Both the position numbers and the translations under genes were made by a program. Below, in pieces: positions 1 through 10,082 of a DNA stretch of 64,000 bases. The notes beneath the pieces are model-generated. The model worked only from the letters and a program-made list of their open reading frames with translations. It searched no databases and was not told where the DNA came from. The stretch spans positions 26,776 to 90,775 of the forward strand of contig JBGQBO010000006.1 of assembly GCA_041494885.1 (NCBI GenBank). Reading direction: 5' to 3'. The number at the start of each line of letters is the position of its first letter. Positions within the stretch are counted from its first letter, which is position 1. This DNA comes from Terriglobia bacterium (GTDB taxonomy: Bacteria; Acidobacteriota; Terriglobia; JAIQFV01).

Positions 1-715
1 CGGCCGCCATGTTCGTAATGCAGGAAATCCCCAGACACTTCACGCTCATGTGATTCGCCACGATCACTTCAGGGACCGTGGACATGCCGACGGCGTCGGC
101 GCCCAATGTCCGCAACATCCGGATTTCAGCCGGGGTCTCATAGCTCGGGCCGGTAAGACCGGCGTAGACTCCCCGGTGGATCGTCATAGTCAGCTTGCGG
201 GCCGCGGCGGAGGCCACCTTCCGCATTTCCTTGTCGTAGGCGTCCGAGAGATCAAAGAATCGCAGGCCAAAGCGATCTTCGTTGGGGCCCAGCAGTGGGT
301 TCGTCGACTGCAGGTTAAGGTGATCTTCGATGATCATCAATCGCCCGGGCTTGAATCTCTTGTTGATCGCCCCGGCTGCATTGGTCAGGATGAGCCGCTG
401 AATCCCGAATCGCGCCAGCACCTTGGTCGGAAACGTGACTTCCTGCATCGAATAGCCTTCATAGTAGTGCACCCGCCCCTGCATGACTGCAATCGGCACT
501 TTTCCGATCTCCCCCAAAACAAGGTTGCCGGAATGACCTTGCACCGTCGATCTGGGGAAATGCGGGATTTCGGCGTATGGAATGACCTGCCGGTTGGCGA
601 CCTGCTCACCAAACGCGCCCAGTCCCGATCCGAGCACGATGGCAATCCGGGGCCGCACCCCCGACTTCTGATTCAGGAACTTGACTGCCACCTGGACTTT
701 TTCAAATTCACTCAT
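1..715 (-). CDS. punA: Purine nucleoside phosphorylase (PNP, PunA/DeoD-II type); C-terminal end runs off the window start
   Basis: Reverse-strand translation from ATG at 713-715 gives MSEFEKVQVAVKFLNQKSGVRPRIAIVLGSGLGAFGEQ...STVQGHSGNLVLGEIGKVPIAVMQGRVHYYEGYS, typical PNP N-terminus with GSGLG and HSGN motifs. Open to position 1. Confidence 0.8.
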   Translation of the reverse strand, partial: MSEFEKVQVAVKFLNQKSGVRPRIAIVLGSGLGAFGEQVANRQVIPYAEIPHFPRSTVQGHSGNLVLGEIGKVPIAVMQGRVHYYEGYSMQEVTFPTKVLARFGIQRLILTNAAGAINKRFKPGRLMIIEDHLNLQSTNPLLGPNEDRFGLRFFDLSDAYDKEMRKVASAAARKLTMTIHRGVYAGLTGPSYETPAEIRMLRTLGADAVGMSTVPEVIVANHMSVKCLGISCITNMAA

Positions 716-740
716 GGAAGCTTCCTCGGACCCAGTGTTT

Positions 741-2012
741 CTAAAGTAGGATTCCGGCGATGCAGGCCGTCAAAAAGTTTGCAAGCGTTCCTGCCAGCAC
801 GGCTTTCAGTCCAAGACGAGCCAGATCATGGCGGCGGCTTGGGGCCAGCGCTCCAATGCCGCCAATCTGAATCCCAATCGACGAGAAATTAGCAAACCCG
901 CACAGGGCAAAGGTCGCGATGGTGAAAGACCTCGGGTCGAGAAACGCTTTCTTGGCGCCCAAAGCGCTGTACGCGATGAATTCGTTCAAGACCAGTCGTG
1001 TCCCCAACAGATTCCCCACATCGACGCAATCCTTCCAGGGAATTCCCAGGGCCCAGGCCACCGGGGCAAAAACAGCCCCGAAGATTCTTTCCATGCTCAA
1101 CGGGGCCCCGTGAAAAGGAACCAAACCTAGCAGGCCGTTCAAAAGATAAATAAGGGCAATAAAAGAAATCAGCATGGCGGCCACATTGAGTGCGAGGCTG
1201 AGCCCCTCGCCCGTTCCCCGGGAGGCGGCATCGAGGATGTTGACATCGGTCCTCTCCACCTCCAGCTTGACCTTCCCCGCCGTCTTCGGTTCACCGGTTT
1301 CTGGAACAAGCATCTTGGCCATCATGATGGTCCCGGGAGCGGTCATGATGACGGCGGTGAGCAGATTCTCGGCACGGGCGCCAAAGGCAATGTAGGCGGC
1401 CATGATCCCGCCCGAAATGTGAGCCATGCCTGAAGTCATCACGCACATCAGTTCGGACTCCGTCATGTCATTCAAATAGGGTCGAATGGTCAAGGGAGCT
1501 TCGGTCTGACCCATGAAGATGGAGGCAGCAACATTCAGCGATTCAGCGCCACTGGCACCCATCAGCCACGTCATGACCTTGGCAAAAATTCGAACGATGA
1601 CTTGCATCACGCCCAGGTAATAGAGGATGGCAAACAGCGCCGCAATAAAAATAATGGTGGGCAAAACCTGGAGCGCAAAGATGCTCACAAAATTCAGAGC
1701 GGGATCTCCCTCCTGGAGCGGGTGGCCGACCACGCTTTCAATGAAATGGATCATCGCCGCCCGCGAGCCGAGCGGCCCAAAAACAAAATTTGAACCGTAT
1801 TGAGAATAGGAGAGCAACTTGTTGATAGCGTCACCGAGCCTCTTGAATAAATAGACCCCCGGCGTCCATTTGAGCACCAGCAAAGCAAAGCTGATCTGCA
1901 GGCCGAGTCCCCATCCGACGGTCTTCCAACGGATGGCCCTCCGATTCGTCGACAGAAAGTAAACCAGCAGGGGGATGGTCACCAATCCCACGAGCCCAGT
2001 GAAGTGATGCAT
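741..2012 (-). CDS. nupC: Concentrative nucleoside transporter, NupC family
   Basis: 423-aa polytopic membrane protein with NupC-family sequence features; sits between two nucleoside phosphorylase genes. Confidence 0.8.
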   Translation of the reverse strand: MHHFTGLVGLVTIPLLVYFLSTNRRAIRWKTVGWGLGLQISFALLVLKWTPGVYLFKRLGDAINKLLSYSQYGSNFVFGPLGSRAAMIHFIESVVGHPLQEGDPALNFVSIFALQVLPTIIFIAALFAILYYLGVMQVIVRIFAKVMTWLMGASGAESLNVAASIFMGQTEAPLTIRPYLNDMTESELMCVMTSGMAHISGGIMAAYIAFGARAENLLTAVIMTAPGTIMMAKMLVPETGEPKTAGKVKLEVERTDVNILDAASRGTGEGLSLALNVAAMLISFIALIYLLNGLLGLVPFHGAPLSMERIFGAVFAPVAWALGIPWKDCVDVGNLLGTRLVLNEFIAYSALGAKKAFLDPRSFTIATFALCGFANFSSIGIQIGGIGALAPSRRHDLARLGLKAVLAGTLANFLTACIAGILL

Positions 2013-2030
2013 CGAGGCGCCTCCAGAATC

Positions 2031-3335
2031 CTATTCCAGGACTTCGTAAATGAGGGGTGGAACTTTGATGGACACGGGGGAGATCAAGTAGGCCGAGTTG
2101 AGGTGCTCCAGCGCGGAGGCCAATCGAGACTCGTCGTTGTAAAGGACCGTGCACAAGTTCTCTCCGGCCTCGACCGGGTCTCCCACTTTCTTGTGAAGCT
2201 CGAGGCCGACGGCGTGGTCGATCTTGGAATCGAGGCGCTCGCGCCCCGCCCCCAGCAGCATCGCCGCCACGCCAACTTTCTCCGCGTGGATCCCTTCGAT
2301 GAACCCCGTCGACATGGACGAGAATCGAAACCGCTTCTGGGCGGCGGGAAGCAGGCTGTAATCCTCCACCACGCGCGGGTTGCCCCCCTGCAGTTGAATG
2401 ATCTTGCGGAAGGTCTCCAGCCCGGCGCCACTCTTGAGCAGGGACAGGATTTTTTGGCGAGCTTCCTCCAGGGTCCGCGCCGGATCACCCAGGACAAGCA
2501 TATGGGCCGCCAGTTCCACGGACAAGTAAGTCAGATCGCCCGGGCCTTTCCCTTTGAGGGTCTCCAACGCCTCGATGATTTCGAGAGAATTTCCCACGCG
2601 GTTGCCCAGCGGTTGGTTCATGTCGGTGATGAGGGCGACGACCCGCTTCCCCATGCCCTTGCCGATCTCAATCATGGTCCGCGCCAGCCGCTGGGAGTCT
2701 TCAAGCGTTTTCATGAAGGCCCCGACCCCCGTCTTGACATCGAGGACCAAGCCGTCAATCCCCTCCGCGAGCTTCTTGCTCATGATGGAGGCGGAGATCA
2801 GGGGATAGCTTTCTACCGTGGCGGTGACGTCCCGCAAGGCATACAGTTTCTTGTCCGCGGGGGCGATGTCTTTCGTCTGTCCGATCAAGCCACAACGGAC
2901 CTCTTTCAGCATCGCTTTGAACTGGGAGAGCGAGAGGTTGACGTTGAATCCGGGAATCGACTCGAGCTTGTCGAGGGTCCCGCCGGTATGCCCCAGACCC
3001 CGGCCCGAGATCATGGGCACATACACTCCCCCCGCGGCAGCCAAAGCCGCGAGCACAAACGAGGTTTTATCGCCCACGCCTCCCGTGGAATGTTTATCCA
3101 CTTTCGGCCCGGGGAGGTCCGATAAATCCATCGTGGCGCCCGACTCAATCATGGCGTGCGTCAGGGCGACGGTTTCTTCCACGTTGCAACCGTTCAGAAA
3201 CATCGCCATTAACAGCGCCGACGCCTGGTAATCGGGAATATTTTCCTTGGTGTGGTTGGAGACAAAAAATGAGATTTCGCTTTCAGAGAGGACCCCGTGA
3301 TCACGCTTCTTTTTGATGATATCGACAGCTCGCAT
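2031..3335 (-). CDS. deoA: Thymidine / pyrimidine-nucleoside phosphorylase
   Basis: 434 aa with KHSTGGVGDK signature, glycosyltransferase family 3 fold, SGRGLGHTGGT motif. Confidence 0.9.
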   Translation of the reverse strand: MRAVDIIKKKRDHGVLSESEISFFVSNHTKENIPDYQASALLMAMFLNGCNVEETVALTHAMIESGATMDLSDLPGPKVDKHSTGGVGDKTSFVLAALAAAGGVYVPMISGRGLGHTGGTLDKLESIPGFNVNLSLSQFKAMLKEVRCGLIGQTKDIAPADKKLYALRDVTATVESYPLISASIMSKKLAEGIDGLVLDVKTGVGAFMKTLEDSQRLARTMIEIGKGMGKRVVALITDMNQPLGNRVGNSLEIIEALETLKGKGPGDLTYLSVELAAHMLVLGDPARTLEEARQKILSLLKSGAGLETFRKIIQLQGGNPRVVEDYSLLPAAQKRFRFSSMSTGFIEGIHAEKVGVAAMLLGAGRERLDSKIDHAVGLELHKKVGDPVEAGENLCTVLYNDESRLASALEHLNSAYLISPVSIKVPPLIYEVLE

Positions 3336-3590
3336 GGGGCAGGAGGAAAACCACGATCAATTCAAGGGTAAAGAGGGCTCAGACTATTCGAAGTGATACC
3401 CAATGTCAAGCCCTTCTCGAAATCCCCCGGCCCTTCCCCGGTGAATGGAGCTTGGATCCTCGCCCCCGGGGGACCCGCGCTCCCGCCCCCGGTTCCCGGC
3501 GGAGCGGCCCGGACACCGGCTCACCCCCGGGTCGCTCGGCCGCGTCCTTGGTCGTCTCCCCGGCGATCAAGCCCCTCCTGAAAGTTTTCC

Positions 3591-3625
3591 TTGACGACGG
3601 CGCTTGTCTCCGTATAATTATGCGC
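3591..3625 (+). promoter_or_regulatory. Candidate sigma70-type promoter for argR operon (TTGACG-N17-TATAAT), followed by an AT-rich possible ARG-box-like sequence (aaataaatatgcattc)
   Basis: cTTGACGacggcgcttgtctccgTATAATtatg read directly; about 40 nt upstream of the argR ATG. Confidence 0.4.
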
Positions 3626-3662
3626 GCTCTCAAATAAATATGCATTCGGGCGACGGCTGACA

Positions 3663-4115
3663 ATGACCAAACAATTACGGCACGAATCGATCCTCCGGCT
3701 GGTGCGGCTGAAGCCGGTTCCGAACCAGCAAATGCTTCAACAGGAGCTGCGCAAGCTGGGGTTTGAAGCCACCCAGGCGACCCTGTCACGGGATCTTTCG
3801 GAATTGGGGCTCGTCAAAACCGGCGAAGGGTACAAGCTGCTCGCCCAGGTGGTGGAGGCCCCGCATGCGTCGAACAGCGAGTTGCGCCGATTCCTGCGGG
3901 AGTTCATGCGGGAGGCCACGGCGGCCAACAACCTGCTGGTGGTCAAGACGCCCACCGGCAGCGCCAACGCGCTCGGCATCGCCCTGGATAACGCCGCGCT
4001 CCCTGAAATTGTAGGCACTGTGGCGGGTGACGACACGATTCTGGTTGTGACTCGTTCCGCAGCAACCGCCCGGAGCCTTCGCCGGAAATTTATGAATCTG
4101 GTGTCTTCGAATTGA
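3663..4115 (+). CDS. argR: Arginine repressor ArgR
   Basis: 150 aa with N-terminal winged-helix region (SRDLSELG) and C-terminal oligomerisation/arginine-binding domain (GTVAGDDTILVV). Confidence 0.9.
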   Translation: MTKQLRHESILRLVRLKPVPNQQMLQQELRKLGFEATQATLSRDLSELGLVKTGEGYKLLAQVVEAPHASNSELRRFLREFMREATAANNLLVVKTPTGSANALGIALDNAALPEIVGTVAGDDTILVVTRSAATARSLRRKFMNLVSSN

Positions 4116-5200
4116 AATCACAGGTCAGACGCGACCCAAAAACTATTCATGTGGCCGTGTTGGGTGCTTCCGGATACTCGGGGATGGAATTGGCCCGCCT
4201 CCTGAGTCAACATCCCCAAGTCCATCGATTGAGCCTCTTCTCTTCTCCCTCCGGTCATGCCTCGGGCGCCCCCCACGGAGCGAAAACATCGCCTCTGCCT
4301 TCCCACGATCTGGATTTTCTTCCGCGAAGAAAAACCCGGCTCACCGTGAGGCCCTTTGATGAGGCAGAGTTTCTGGAGTCCCGACCCGAGATGGTCTTCT
4401 TTGCCACCCCCAACGAAACGTCCCTCGAATTGATTCCCCGTTACACCTCCCAACCTTTCAAGGTGATCGATTTGAGCGGGAGCTTTCGCCTGCATCCCGC
4501 GTCGCTTTACCCGCGATGGTATGGCTTTACTCACAAGGCACCGGAGCTCCTTTCGCGGTTTGTGTATGGCCTGCCGGAGGGAAATGGAGCAGCCATTTCG
4601 CGGGCGCAGTGGGTGGCCAATCCCGGGTGCTATGCCACGTCCGTCCTCCTGCCGTTGCTTCCGCTGATCAAGAAGGGATGGATCGACAAGGCCTCCCCGG
4701 TCATTTGTGACTGCAAATCAGGTGTCAGCGGCGCCTGAAAGCAGCCCACCCAGAACACACATTTTTGTGAAGTGTCCGAGTCATTCCGGGCGTATTCGGT
4801 CTTCACCCATCGGCATCTTCCCGAGATCAAACAGCACCTCGGGCTGGAGGAGGATGACAAGCTGATCTTCACGCCTCACCTGCTTCCGATCAATCGCGGG
4901 ATCCTCTCGACCTTGTACCTCAAGACCCGGGTCCCGCTGACCGAAGAGGAGCTGCGCGACACGCTGGCGCAGTTCTATGCCGATGCCCCTTTCGTGCGGG
5001 TATTCCCAAGCGGCGAATTGCCCCAGGTCAGGTGGGTGACGCATTCCAACTATTGCGACCTTGGCATTCGTTCGGAACCGGGTTCATGCTGGATCGTGAT
5101 GGTGTCCTGCCTCGACAATCTGGTGAAAGGAGCAGCCGGTCAAGCCGTCCAGAACATGAACCTGATGCTGGGCTGGGCGGAACAGACCGGGTTGGAGTAA
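4112..5200 (+). pseudogene. argC: N-acetyl-gamma-glutamyl-phosphate reductase ArgC, interrupted by an in-frame TGA at 4736-4738 (pseudogene, sequencing error or readthrough)
   Basis: Two adjacent ORFs, 4112-4738 and 4772-5200, lie in one frame. Translation through the stop reads ...NPGCYATS...SGVSGA*KQPTQNTHFCEVSESFRAYSVFTHRHLPEI...LVKGAAGQAVQNMNLMLGW, colinear with full-length ArgC. The TGA sits where the conserved GAG(R/K) motif normally has Gly/Arg. Confidence 0.8.
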
Positions 5201-5203
5201 GCC

Positions 5204-5998
5204 ATGGCAACCCGGATCGTTGTCAAAATCGGCGGGAGCCTGTTGAATGCCGAGACGCACCAGCGGATCATCGCCCGCCAGATTGCGGACCTCCTGACGG
5301 CAGGAAATCAGATCATTGTTGTGCACGGGGGCGGAAAGCATCTCACCTCCCTTCTGCATCGATTGGACCTCCCGTCTCACTTCCACGACGGGCTGCGGCT
5401 CACGAACGCGGAGACGCTGGAGGCCGCTTTGATGGTGCTGGCGGGCTTGGTCAACAAGAAGCTTGTCGCTAGTTTCGTCTCGACCGGTCGTCGCGCCGTT
5501 GGACTGTGTGGCGGCGATGGAGGCGGGATCTGGGCTGAGAAGCTGCGGCACGCAGAGGTGGATTACGGCTATGTCGGATCCGTTTCAAGCATCCAAACTG
5601 ATCTTATGGAGTTGCTCTTGCGAAACGATTACCTGCCGGTCATCGCCTGCATCGCCCTGGGACCGGACCATCATTATTACAACATCAACGCGGATCAGAT
5701 GGCCGCGGCCTGCGCCATCGCCCTTCGCGCCGGTCAACTTGTATTTCTGACCGACGTCGATGGAGTTCTGAATGAACGGAAGTCAGTCATCCCCAGGATC
5801 GACCCACGCAAGATCAGCCGACTGGTGGCTCAGAAGGTCGTTTCCGGAGGCATGCTTCCAAAGCTGAAGGCCTGCCTGGCCGCGCTCGAGGGAGGAGTGA
5901 GTGAGATCAACATCCTGAATGGCGCCGCGGAGAATTGCTTGAAGCGATTGATCAGCCAGGGAGAACCTCTTGGCTCTGTGCTGCGAGGGGAGCTCTAA
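5204..5998 (+). CDS. argB: Acetylglutamate kinase ArgB
   Basis: 264 aa; VVKIGGS, VVHGGG and amino-acid-kinase fold motifs. Confidence 0.9.
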   Translation: MATRIVVKIGGSLLNAETHQRIIARQIADLLTAGNQIIVVHGGGKHLTSLLHRLDLPSHFHDGLRLTNAETLEAALMVLAGLVNKKLVASFVSTGRRAVGLCGGDGGGIWAEKLRHAEVDYGYVGSVSSIQTDLMELLLRNDYLPVIACIALGPDHHYYNINADQMAAACAIALRAGQLVFLTDVDGVLNERKSVIPRIDPRKISRLVAQKVVSGGMLPKLKACLAALEGGVSEINILNGAAENCLKRLISQGEPLGSVLRGEL

Positions 5999-6001
5999 CC
6001 G

Positions 6002-7207
6002 ATGACCACTTCGGGTCTCTCTGTCATCCCGCTGGATCAACAATACGTGTTCCCCACTTACGACCGCACGCCGATTGTATTCGTCCGCGGACAGGGAGCC
6101 GAGCTCTATGATGAGAACGGGAAGTGCTACCTGGATTTCCTGGGCGGGATTGCGGTCAACGCCCTCGGTTACAACCATCCCCGCATCGTCGCGGCGCTGG
6201 CCGATCAAGCGGCAAAAATTATCCACGTGTGCAATCTCTTTCATAACGAATACCAGGCGCCACTGGCTCAAAAACTGTGTTCCCTCTCGGGCCTGCAGCG
6301 CGCCTTCTTCTGTAACAGCGGGACCGAAGCCATCGAAGCGGCCATCAAGGTCGCAAGGAATCATGCTTTTCGCGCCTCAGGGGGCGCGCTCCATGCCAAG
6401 CACGAGATCATTGCCTTGGAGAATTCCTTTCATGGCCGCACCCTTGGCGCCCTTTCCTTGACCGGGCAAAAAAAATACCGGGATCCCTTTGAACCGTTGC
6501 TGCCGGGTGTTCATTTCGTCCCGGCCAATGACACCGCAGCGCTCCAGGCGGCGGTGAATGACAAAACCTGCGCGGTCATTATGGAACCCATTCAGGGGGA
6601 GGGCGGCATCCGTGTGCTTTCGCAGCTATTCCTTCGCACAGCGCGGGCACTGTGCGACCGCTATCAGGCGCTCTTGATCTTCGATGAGATTCAATGTGGT
6701 CTGGGAAGAACGGGATCCTATCTTTCCTATCAGGGGAAAGGGGTGGAGCCGGACTTGGTGACTCTGGCGAAGCCGCTCGGCCTGGGAATCCCCATGGGAG
6801 CGTTGCTGGGTACGTCGGCAACCCGGGATGATTTTTCTGCCGGTACGCACGGGTCCACTTTTGGAGGAGGTCCGCTCGCCTGTCGTTTGAGCCTCGAGTT
6901 CTTCCAGATGATCGAGGAGGAGGGACTGCTGGAGCGCATCCGTCAGCTCGGAATCTATTTTGCTGAGCGGTTGGGAGAATTGAAGAGAAAGTTTTCGTTC
7001 GTGAGGGAGGTGCGGGGCGAGGGACTGATCGTTGGGATGGAACTCGAGTTCCCTGGGAAAAGCATCGTTCGCGCCATGCTCGAGCATGGTTATGTCATCA
7101 ACTGCACCCACGAAAAGGTGCTGCGTTTCTTGCCACCCTACATCATCACCGTGGCCCAAATCGATCGTCTGATTGCGGGATTGGAGGAGGTGTTTGCCGC
7201 CTTATGA
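6002..7207 (+). CDS. argD: Acetylornithine aminotransferase ArgD (class-III PLP aminotransferase)
   Basis: 401 aa; LIFDEIQCGLGRTG with PLP lysine, and GTHGSTFGG motif. Confidence 0.85.
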   Translation: MTTSGLSVIPLDQQYVFPTYDRTPIVFVRGQGAELYDENGKCYLDFLGGIAVNALGYNHPRIVAALADQAAKIIHVCNLFHNEYQAPLAQKLCSLSGLQRAFFCNSGTEAIEAAIKVARNHAFRASGGALHAKHEIIALENSFHGRTLGALSLTGQKKYRDPFEPLLPGVHFVPANDTAALQAAVNDKTCAVIMEPIQGEGGIRVLSQLFLRTARALCDRYQALLIFDEIQCGLGRTGSYLSYQGKGVEPDLVTLAKPLGLGIPMGALLGTSATRDDFSAGTHGSTFGGGPLACRLSLEFFQMIEEEGLLERIRQLGIYFAERLGELKRKFSFVREVRGEGLIVGMELEFPGKSIVRAMLEHGYVINCTHEKVLRFLPPYIITVAQIDRLIAGLEEVFAAL

Positions 7208-7410
7208 GCAACACCGCGCTGCAAGCATCGATGGTGTTGTTCCTCGCAGGGGATCCCGCCTGGCTCCCTTCTGGCCTTACCAGAAGTGTGGGGGGGGAGT
7301 CCAAGGGGAAAAAGATTTTCACGGGGACGGATACGGCCTGCGAAGCGAATCTTGTTCCATCCAAGGGGAGTCCGTTCTTAATTTACATCTAGCATAAAGA
7401 GGCGAAATCG

Positions 7411-8646
7411 ATGTCAACAAAAGTAAAAAAGGTGGTGTTAGCATATTCGGGGGGCCTGGACACTTCCATCATTATTCCCTGGTTGAAGGAAAACTATGGC
7501 TGCGAAATTGTTGCCATGGCGGCTGACGTAGGCCAGGCCGAAGAATTGGAAGGGGTGCGAGAGAAGGCCCTCTCTACGGGTGCTTCGAAGATTTACATCG
7601 AAGACCTCCGGGATGAACTGGTTAGGGATTACATCTGGCCAACCCTGCGCGCAGGCGCCATTTACGAATCCAAGTATCTGCTGGGGACTTCCTTCGCTCG
7701 GCCCGCCATTGCAAAGCGCCAGGTGGAGATCGCCCGAATCGAAGGCGCGGATGCTGTGGCGCATGGGTGCACGGGCAAAGGGAATGACCAGGTGCGCTTT
7801 GAATTGACTTACATGGCACTTGCTCCTCAACTCAAGGTGATCGTCCCGTGGCGGGAGTGGTCGATCCAATCGAGAGAGGATGCGATTGATTATGCGGAAG
7901 CCCGGAAAATTCCAATCACGGCGTCGAAGGAAAAGATTTACAGCCGCGACCGAAATCTCTGGCATGTGTCTCACGAGGGAGGGCGGCTGGAGAACCTGAA
8001 CAATGACCCTGAAGAATCGATGTGGATGATCACGCGGTCTCCGCAGCAGGCTCCGGACCGACCTTCGCGAGTGACCATCGGATTTGAGCATGGAACCCCG
8101 GTCAGGGTGAATGGCGAGCTCCTGGACCGGGTCGCGCTCCTGGAGGTTCTCAATACCCTGGGGGGTGATCATGCCATCGGACGGACCGACCTGGTTGAGA
8201 ACCGGCTGGTGGGCATTAAGTCGCGGGGCTGCTACGAGACCCCAGGCGGCACGCTTTTGCATAACGCCCATCACGAGCTTGAGTCATTGTGCCTTGACCG
8301 CGAGACTCTGCATCTCAAGGAGCAGCTGGCGATCCGGTATGCTGAGCTGGTCTACTATGGCCAGTGGTTTACACCCTTGCGGGAAGCGCTGGATGCCTTT
8401 GTGAACGAGACGCAGAAAACAGTGACCGGTGAGGTGACCCTGGAGCTTTTCAAGGGAAATGTCGCCGTCATCAAGCGCTCCTCACCGACCTCGCTTTATC
8501 GGGAAGACCTTTCCTCCTTCACGATGGGCGACACCTACAATCAGAAAGACGCCGAGGGCTTCATCAACTGCCTGGGGCTTCCAATTAGAGTGAAAGCGAT
8601 GCTGGATGGAAAATCAGAGGAAGTCAAAGCGACTTATCAAACGTAA
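7411..8646 (+). CDS. argG: Argininosuccinate synthase ArgG
   Basis: 411 aa; [11 protein letters not shown]-loop and full-length homology. Confidence 0.95.
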   Translation: MSTKVKKVVLAYSGGLDTSIIIPWLKENYGCEIVAMAADVGQAEELEGVREKALSTGASKIYIEDLRDELVRDYIWPTLRAGAIYESKYLLGTSFARPAIAKRQVEIARIEGADAVAHGCTGKGNDQVRFELTYMALAPQLKVIVPWREWSIQSREDAIDYAEARKIPITASKEKIYSRDRNLWHVSHEGGRLENLNNDPEESMWMITRSPQQAPDRPSRVTIGFEHGTPVRVNGELLDRVALLEVLNTLGGDHAIGRTDLVENRLVGIKSRGCYETPGGTLLHNAHHELESLCLDRETLHLKEQLAIRYAELVYYGQWFTPLREALDAFVNETQKTVTGEVTLELFKGNVAVIKRSSPTSLYREDLSSFTMGDTYNQKDAEGFINCLGLPIRVKAMLDGKSEEVKATYQT

Positions 8647-8665
8647 TTCAACGCGTTCGAGGACC

Positions 8666-10048
8666 TTGTGGGGGGGCCGTTTCCGGCAGCCCGCGGCGCC
8701 GGAGTTTTCCCGGCTGAATGATTCGTTCCCCTTCGATTACCGGCTTCTCGCGTTCGACATTGAGGGGAGCGTCGCTTATTCAAAGGCGCTTCAACGGGCC
8801 AGGCTGCTCAAGAGGAATGAAGGATCGGCGATCCGGAGCGCCTTAGGATCTTTATGGCGGGATTGCTGCTCCCAACCTCGACTCCTCCTCAACGCCCTCA
8901 CAAAATACGAAGATGTACACTCCTTCGTTGAAGCGAAGCTCATCGAGCGCGTGGGGGAAATGGGGGGCAAAATCCATACCGGTCGAAGCCGGAATGACCA
9001 GGTCGCCTTGGACCTTCGCCTCTACCTGCGGCACCATTGCCGGCAATTGCAAAAGAAGCTCGCTACTTTGATGGGGGCGTTGCTCACCAATGCACAACGG
9101 GATTTGACTGCCATTCTCCCCGGGTATACGCATCTGCAGCGAGGCCAGCCGGTGTTGTTGGCGCATTACTGGATGGCATACTTCGAAATGTTTTCGCGGG
9201 ATTGGGAGCGGATGACATCGACCCAAAACCGCCTCAACGTAATGCCGCTGGGGTCCGGTGCCCTGGCCGGAGGCGGGTTCCCAATCGATCGGGAGTTTTT
9301 GGCCAGGGAATTGGGATTTGAATCGATTTCCAGGAACAGTCTCGACGCGGTCAGCGATCGGGATTTTGCCGTGGAAGTCCTCTCTGATTCCTCAATCCTG
9401 ATGATGCATCTGAGTCGCCTTGCCGAAGATTTGATCCTCTATTCGACCGCGGAGTTTGATTTTATTGAACTGAGCGATGCCGTCACTTCCGGCAGCAGTC
9501 TCATGCCACAAAAGAAGAATCCGGATGCTTTGGAGCTGATCCGTGGAAAGACGGGACGGGTCTACGGGAACCTGCACCACCTCCTGGTCACCCTGAAAGC
9601 TCTGCCCCTGGCCTACAACAAGGACCTCCAAGAGGACAAGGAATGCCTCTTCGATACCATCGAGACGCTCGACCTGGCCTTGGCGGGGATGACTGTGGTT
9701 GTCCGGACGCTCAAGGTCAAAGTAAACAGTATGCGGGTGGCAGCGGAATCCGGATTCTTGAATGCCACGGATTGCGCCGATTACTTGGTTCGCAAGGGAC
9801 TCCCCTTCCGGTCGGCGCACGAAGCGGTCGGCCGAATTGTTCTCCATGCGCTTCGGCGCGAAGTCTCCCTTGAGGAATTAAGCCTGGAAGAATTCAGATC
9901 CTTTTCATCATTGTTTGAAGCGGACATTTTTGATGCCCTTAGTTTAAAACGGAGTATCGAGAGCAAATTTCTGAAGGGAGGGACGGCGACAAACCCGGTC
10001 AGAAAAGCCATTGAAAATGCCAAACGCTATATTGCCCAGATCCAGTAG
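8666..10048 (+). CDS. argH: Argininosuccinate lyase ArgH; start uncertain (TTG 8666 giving M-WGGRF, or in-frame ATG 8606 overlapping argG by 41 nt)
   Basis: Conserved N-terminus LWGGRFxxxxxPEF begins at 8666; fumarate-lyase signature GSSLMPQKKNPD is present. The Lys/Arg-rich 20-aa extension from 8606 is atypical. Confidence 0.85.
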   Translation: MWGGRFRQPAAPEFSRLNDSFPFDYRLLAFDIEGSVAYSKALQRARLLKRNEGSAIRSALGSLWRDCCSQPRLLLNALTKYEDVHSFVEAKLIERVGEMGGKIHTGRSRNDQVALDLRLYLRHHCRQLQKKLATLMGALLTNAQRDLTAILPGYTHLQRGQPVLLAHYWMAYFEMFSRDWERMTSTQNRLNVMPLGSGALAGGGFPIDREFLARELGFESISRNSLDAVSDRDFAVEVLSDSSILMMHLSRLAEDLILYSTAEFDFIELSDAVTSGSSLMPQKKNPDALELIRGKTGRVYGNLHHLLVTLKALPLAYNKDLQEDKECLFDTIETLDLALAGMTVVVRTLKVKVNSMRVAAESGFLNATDCADYLVRKGLPFRSAHEAVGRIVLHALRREVSLEELSLEEFRSFSSLFEADIFDALSLKRSIESKFLKGGTATNPVRKAIENAKRYIAQIQ

Positions 10049-10082
10049 TCATCCATCCTGCGAACAGACGCGGGAATTCGCG

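Noticed and set aside
50-892. 280-aa plus-strand ORF at the window start
   Set aside because: Antisense to the purine nucleoside phosphorylase gene, whose minus-strand translation gives a clear PNP N-terminus. The plus-strand product is Arg/Gly/His-rich nonsense typical of a high-G+C antisense frame.
2004-3125. 373-aa plus-strand ORF
   Set aside because: Antisense shadow of thymidine phosphorylase (KHSTGGVGDK is on the minus strand).
4112-5200. Alternative genetic code (TGA=Gly) explaining the argC stop
   Set aside because: TGA is clearly used as the terminator for argR, nnr, tsaE and others, with downstream genes starting right after; recoding is not supported.
7438-8274. 278-aa minus-strand ORF
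   Set aside because: Antisense to argG.
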